Source: an uncultured Candidatus Poseidoniales archaeon (lineage in GTDB: Archaea > Thermoplasmatota > Poseidoniia > Poseidoniales > Poseidoniaceae). From it: a stretch of 64,000 nucleotides of DNA. The notes beneath the pieces are model-generated. The model searched no databases. It saw nothing but the letters and a program-made list of their open reading frames with translations, and was not told where the DNA came from. Every line of letters starts with the position of its first letter. The first letter of the stretch is position 1. Location of the stretch: NCBI GenBank assembly GCA_905182185.1, contig CAJJAP010000004.1:5773-69772 (forward strand), given 5' to 3'. Below, in pieces: positions 60,872-64,000 of the stretch. Position numbers and translations under genes: made by a program.

Positions 60872-61882
60872 ATGACAAAAATGAATATGATTGCAGCCCT
60901 AAACTCAGCACTGCGCTGCCAATTGGAAAAGGACCCAAATATCGTCATATTTGGAGAAGACATCGGTTATTTCGGTGGTGTTTTCAGAGTCACTGATGGA
61001 TTACAGAAGGACTTTGGAGCTCACAGAGTATTTGATGCACCACTTGCAGAAGGTGGTATTGCCGCAATTGCAATGGGAATGAGCCTGAATGGATTACGCC
61101 CAGTAGCAGAAATACAGTTTGCAGATTATATCTTCCCTGCATATGACCAAATCGTCAATGAAATTGCAAAGATAAGACATCGCTCAGGTGGAGAATTCTC
61201 AGCACCATTGACAATCCGTACACCTGCCGGCGGTGGAATCAAGGGAGGCCACCATCACTCACAATCCCCAGAATCTCAATTCACCCATACACCTGGATTG
61301 AAAGTTGTTTATTGTTCAAACCCATACAATGCTAAGGGATTATTGACCAGCGCCATTGAATCAAATGACCCTGTAATTTTCTTTGAACCAAAACGCTGCT
61401 ACAGAGGCCCATTCTATGGTGACCCTCACGATGTTCCAACATGGAACGACCATCCTGATGGTGAAGTGCCAGACGAATATTATTCAATTCCACTTGAACA
61501 AGCAAGAATTGTTAGACAAGGTGAGGCTTGTACAGTAATCGCATGGGGAACTATGGTTCATGTTAGCGAACAAGCGATCAAGAACTCTGGAGTAGATTGT
61601 GAACTGATTGACTTACAGACATTACTACCTTGGGATAGAGACACAGTTGTCAATTCTATCAAGAAAACAGGTAGATGTGTAATCGTTCACGAAGCGCCAA
61701 AGACCTCAGGATTTGGTGCTGAGATGAGTGCATCCATCCAAGAGAGATGTTTCTATCACTTAGAATCACCAATTCTACGCGTTACCGGATGGGACACACC
61801 ATTCCCGCATACTACAGAATGGGACTACATGCCTAGTCCAGAGAGAATCGCTGAAGCAATAAAGAAAACACAGGAGGAATAA
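60872..61882 (+). CDS. bkdA2: 2-oxoacid dehydrogenase E1 beta
   Basis: GEDIGYFGGVFR, EIQFADY, HHSQSPE, FFEPK, HEAPKT. Confidence 0.8.
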   Translation: MTKMNMIAALNSALRCQLEKDPNIVIFGEDIGYFGGVFRVTDGLQKDFGAHRVFDAPLAEGGIAAIAMGMSLNGLRPVAEIQFADYIFPAYDQIVNEIAKIRHRSGGEFSAPLTIRTPAGGGIKGGHHHSQSPESQFTHTPGLKVVYCSNPYNAKGLLTSAIESNDPVIFFEPKRCYRGPFYGDPHDVPTWNDHPDGEVPDEYYSIPLEQARIVRQGEACTVIAWGTMVHVSEQAIKNSGVDCELIDLQTLLPWDRDTVVNSIKKTGRCVIVHEAPKTSGFGAEMSASIQERCFYHLESPILRVTGWDTPFPHTTEWDYMPSPERIAEAIKKTQEE

Positions 61883-61884
61883 GT

Positions 61885-63159
61885 ATGGGAATATTTGCAT
61901 TTAAAATGCCAGACATTGGAGAAGGAGTAGTTGAAGGAGAAGTTGTTGAATGGATGGTCGCTGTAGGCGATTCCATCAAAGAAGATGATCCAATCCTATC
62001 AGTAATGACCGACAAAGCAACAGTAGAAATCCCATCTCCAGTAGATGGAACTGTCAAAAGAATAGTAGGTGAAGCAGGTGATATTCTTCCAGTAGGAGTC
62101 GTTTGTATTGAATTTGAAGTAGAAGGCGATGGAAACGCATCTTCTGATAGCACACCTGCTCCTGAAAAGAAAAAGGTTGAAGAAAAATCAAAGGCACCTG
62201 CTGAAACAAAGGCTAAGCCTGCACCAGTTGAGGTTTCAGCGCCAGTTCCTGCAGCACCTGCAGTTACTAGGGCTGCTGGAACAAAAGCACTTGCAAGCCC
62301 AGCAGTTCGTCAACGTGCACGTGAAGCAAATATCAATCTCGAGCATGTTGCTGGTTCAGGACCTGCTGGAAGAATTTCTCATGCAGACCTAGATGCACAT
62401 ATCGCTGGTGGCTCTAATGCTACTCGTTCATCACCTGTAGGTTCAACCACCAAGGTTGAACTAAACGGAACAGAAGAACACAAGGTCATTGGATTGCGTC
62501 GCAAGATAGCAGATAGCATGATGGCTTCATACAGCACTATTGCACATTTCTCATACTTTGAGGAAGTTGATATCACCGCATTGGAAGAACTTCGTCAACA
62601 TCTAAACGCAACTCGCCCTGAAGGTGCTCCAAAACTAACCTACTTGCCATTCATCATGCTTTCATGTGTCAAGGCTCTAGCTAGAAGCCCAGAATGTAAT
62701 GCTCTGTACGATGATGATGTAGGCGTTGTTACACGACACCAAGCCATCAACTTAGGAATTGCAACTCAAACTGATAGGGGACTATATGTCCCTGTTGTCA
62801 AACATACAGAAGCAATGGATATTTGGCAAGCAGCAGCAGAGATGATGAGAGTTACCAGCGCAACAAGAGACGGTAAGGCAGGAGTAGAAGACCTAACTGG
62901 TTCTACTTTCACAATCACCAGTCTTGGAAGACTTGGTGGATTAGGAGCAACTCCAATAATCAACAAACCTGAAGTTGGAATTCTAGGAGTTCACAATGCC
63001 AAGGAACGTGCTGTAGTTAGAAATGGAAATATTGTTATTCGTCGTATGATGAATCTATCTTCATCATGGGATCATCGTGTAGTCGATGGCCATGATGGTG
63101 CTACAATGGTTCAAACATTGAAAACGTACTTAGAAAACCCAGCAACTATCTTCATGTGA
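61885..63159 (+). CDS. bkdB: Dihydrolipoamide acyltransferase E2
   Basis: Lipoyl domain VMTDKA, E3-binding ASPAVR, catalytic WDHRVVDG. Confidence 0.85.
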   Translation: MGIFAFKMPDIGEGVVEGEVVEWMVAVGDSIKEDDPILSVMTDKATVEIPSPVDGTVKRIVGEAGDILPVGVVCIEFEVEGDGNASSDSTPAPEKKKVEEKSKAPAETKAKPAPVEVSAPVPAAPAVTRAAGTKALASPAVRQRAREANINLEHVAGSGPAGRISHADLDAHIAGGSNATRSSPVGSTTKVELNGTEEHKVIGLRRKIADSMMASYSTIAHFSYFEEVDITALEELRQHLNATRPEGAPKLTYLPFIMLSCVKALARSPECNALYDDDVGVVTRHQAINLGIATQTDRGLYVPVVKHTEAMDIWQAAAEMMRVTSATRDGKAGVEDLTGSTFTITSLGRLGGLGATPIINKPEVGILGVHNAKERAVVRNGNIVIRRMMNLSSSWDHRVVDGHDGATMVQTLKTYLENPATIFM

Positions 63160-63168
63160 GGTGTAATT

Positions 63169-64000
63169 ATGCAGACTAAAAAATGTCAAGTGTTAGTAAT
63201 AGGCGCAGGCCCTGGTGGCTATGTTGCAGCAATTCGTGCAAGTCAATTAGGACTCAAAACGATAATAGTTGAAGCGGATAAAGCAGGAGGTACTTGCCTA
63301 ATCAGAGGATGTATTCCTAGTAAGGCTTTGATTCATGCAGCTCATACGTTCCACAACTTGGCTCAACACTCTAGTGGTGATGGGCACATGGGAATTACAA
63401 TCCCAGGACCTGCAGAATTGAATATGTCTGGCCTTATCGGCTGGAAAGAAGGTATCGTAGACCGTTTAAACAAGGGAGTTGAACATCTTCTCAAGACATC
63501 CGGAGCAGAATTAGTAACCGGATGGGCTGAATTTCAAGATGCAAAAACTGTCAAAGTTGGAGAGGGTAAGGATGCAATAATCATTCAAGCAGACAATGTC
63601 ATTCTCGCCAATGGTAGCGTTCCGATTGAACTTCCATTTATGAAATATGGAAATAATGTAATCTCAAGCCGAGAAGCACTACAACTACAAGAAAAACCTG
63701 ACCATGTTGTTGTTATTGGTGGCGGATATATTGGATTGGAATTGGGAATTACTTACAAGATGCTTGGCTCAGAAGTGACTATTATCGAAGCAATGGATAG
63801 CGTACTGCCGATTTTTGATAAAGAATTACGCAGACCGTTAGAGAGGCACTTGAAGAAAAGCAAGGTTAATGTTCATCTCGGAGTTTTTGCTAAGGGTGTT
63901 GAAGACCAAAAGGATGGAAAAACTAAGGTTAACTTCATTGATAAAAACGAGAAGGATGAGTCCAAAATGCAATCTATCATTGCTGACAAGGTTCTCGTCA
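63169..64000 (+). CDS. lpdA: Dihydrolipoamide dehydrogenase E3 (partial; runs off the window and is absent from the ORF track)
   Basis: Hand translation MQTKKCQVLVIGAGPGGYVAAIRASQLG..GGTCLIRGCIPSK..VIGGGYIGLE. Confidence 0.93.
   Translation, partial: MQTKKCQVLVIGAGPGGYVAAIRASQLGLKTIIVEADKAGGTCLIRGCIPSKALIHAAHTFHNLAQHSSGDGHMGITIPGPAELNMSGLIGWKEGIVDRLNKGVEHLLKTSGAELVTGWAEFQDAKTVKVGEGKDAIIIQADNVILANGSVPIELPFMKYGNNVISSREALQLQEKPDHVVVIGGGYIGLELGITYKMLGSEVTIIEAMDSVLPIFDKELRRPLERHLKKSKVNVHLGVFAKGVEDQKDGKTKVNFIDKNEKDESKMQSIIADKVLV

Overview
Archaeal chromosomal DNA of roughly 40% GC. Gene content (unsplit RpoB, archaellin-like genes, many TSP3-repeat surface proteins, a SAP-domain protein, bacterial-type GshA, BCKDH and GdhA) best fits Marine Group II Euryarchaeota (Poseidoniales, Thermoplasmatota); this is inferred from content, not from a phylogeny. 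The window holds the RNA polymerase operon (rpoH-B-A'-A''-L30e), tRNA-Lys(UUU), tRNA-Leu(UAA), a HemK-methyltransferase/biotin-ligase fusion, a Pop5-like protein, a degenerate FtsZ, a respiratory operon, gshA/asnB, a methylmalonyl/propionyl-CoA cluster, large surface proteins (one of 2977 aa), two archaellin-like genes, alkA, gdhA, XPD, lipA and a 2-oxoacid dehydrogenase operon. No integrase, transposase or CRISPR array was seen. Several genes are broken by single-base indels, often in short homopolymers, most likely read or assembly errors. The best candidate for a new system is at 17.4-24.6 kb: a Rieske/cytochrome b6-type complex whose cytochrome b keeps the heme-ci motif YCLGG and whose subunit IV is fused to an extracellular domain and a cytoplasmic HdrD/GlpC-like 2x[4Fe-4S]+2xCCG module. 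It sits with a CxCH Reeler-like protein and a ferredoxin, next to gshA. Other highlights are one N-terminal domain shared by RpoH and RpoA'', a Cys4 insertion in the RpoA' dock region, and an unexplained GC-rich multi-hairpin element at 42.07-42.33 kb. All family calls rest on motifs recognised by eye; no database search was run.
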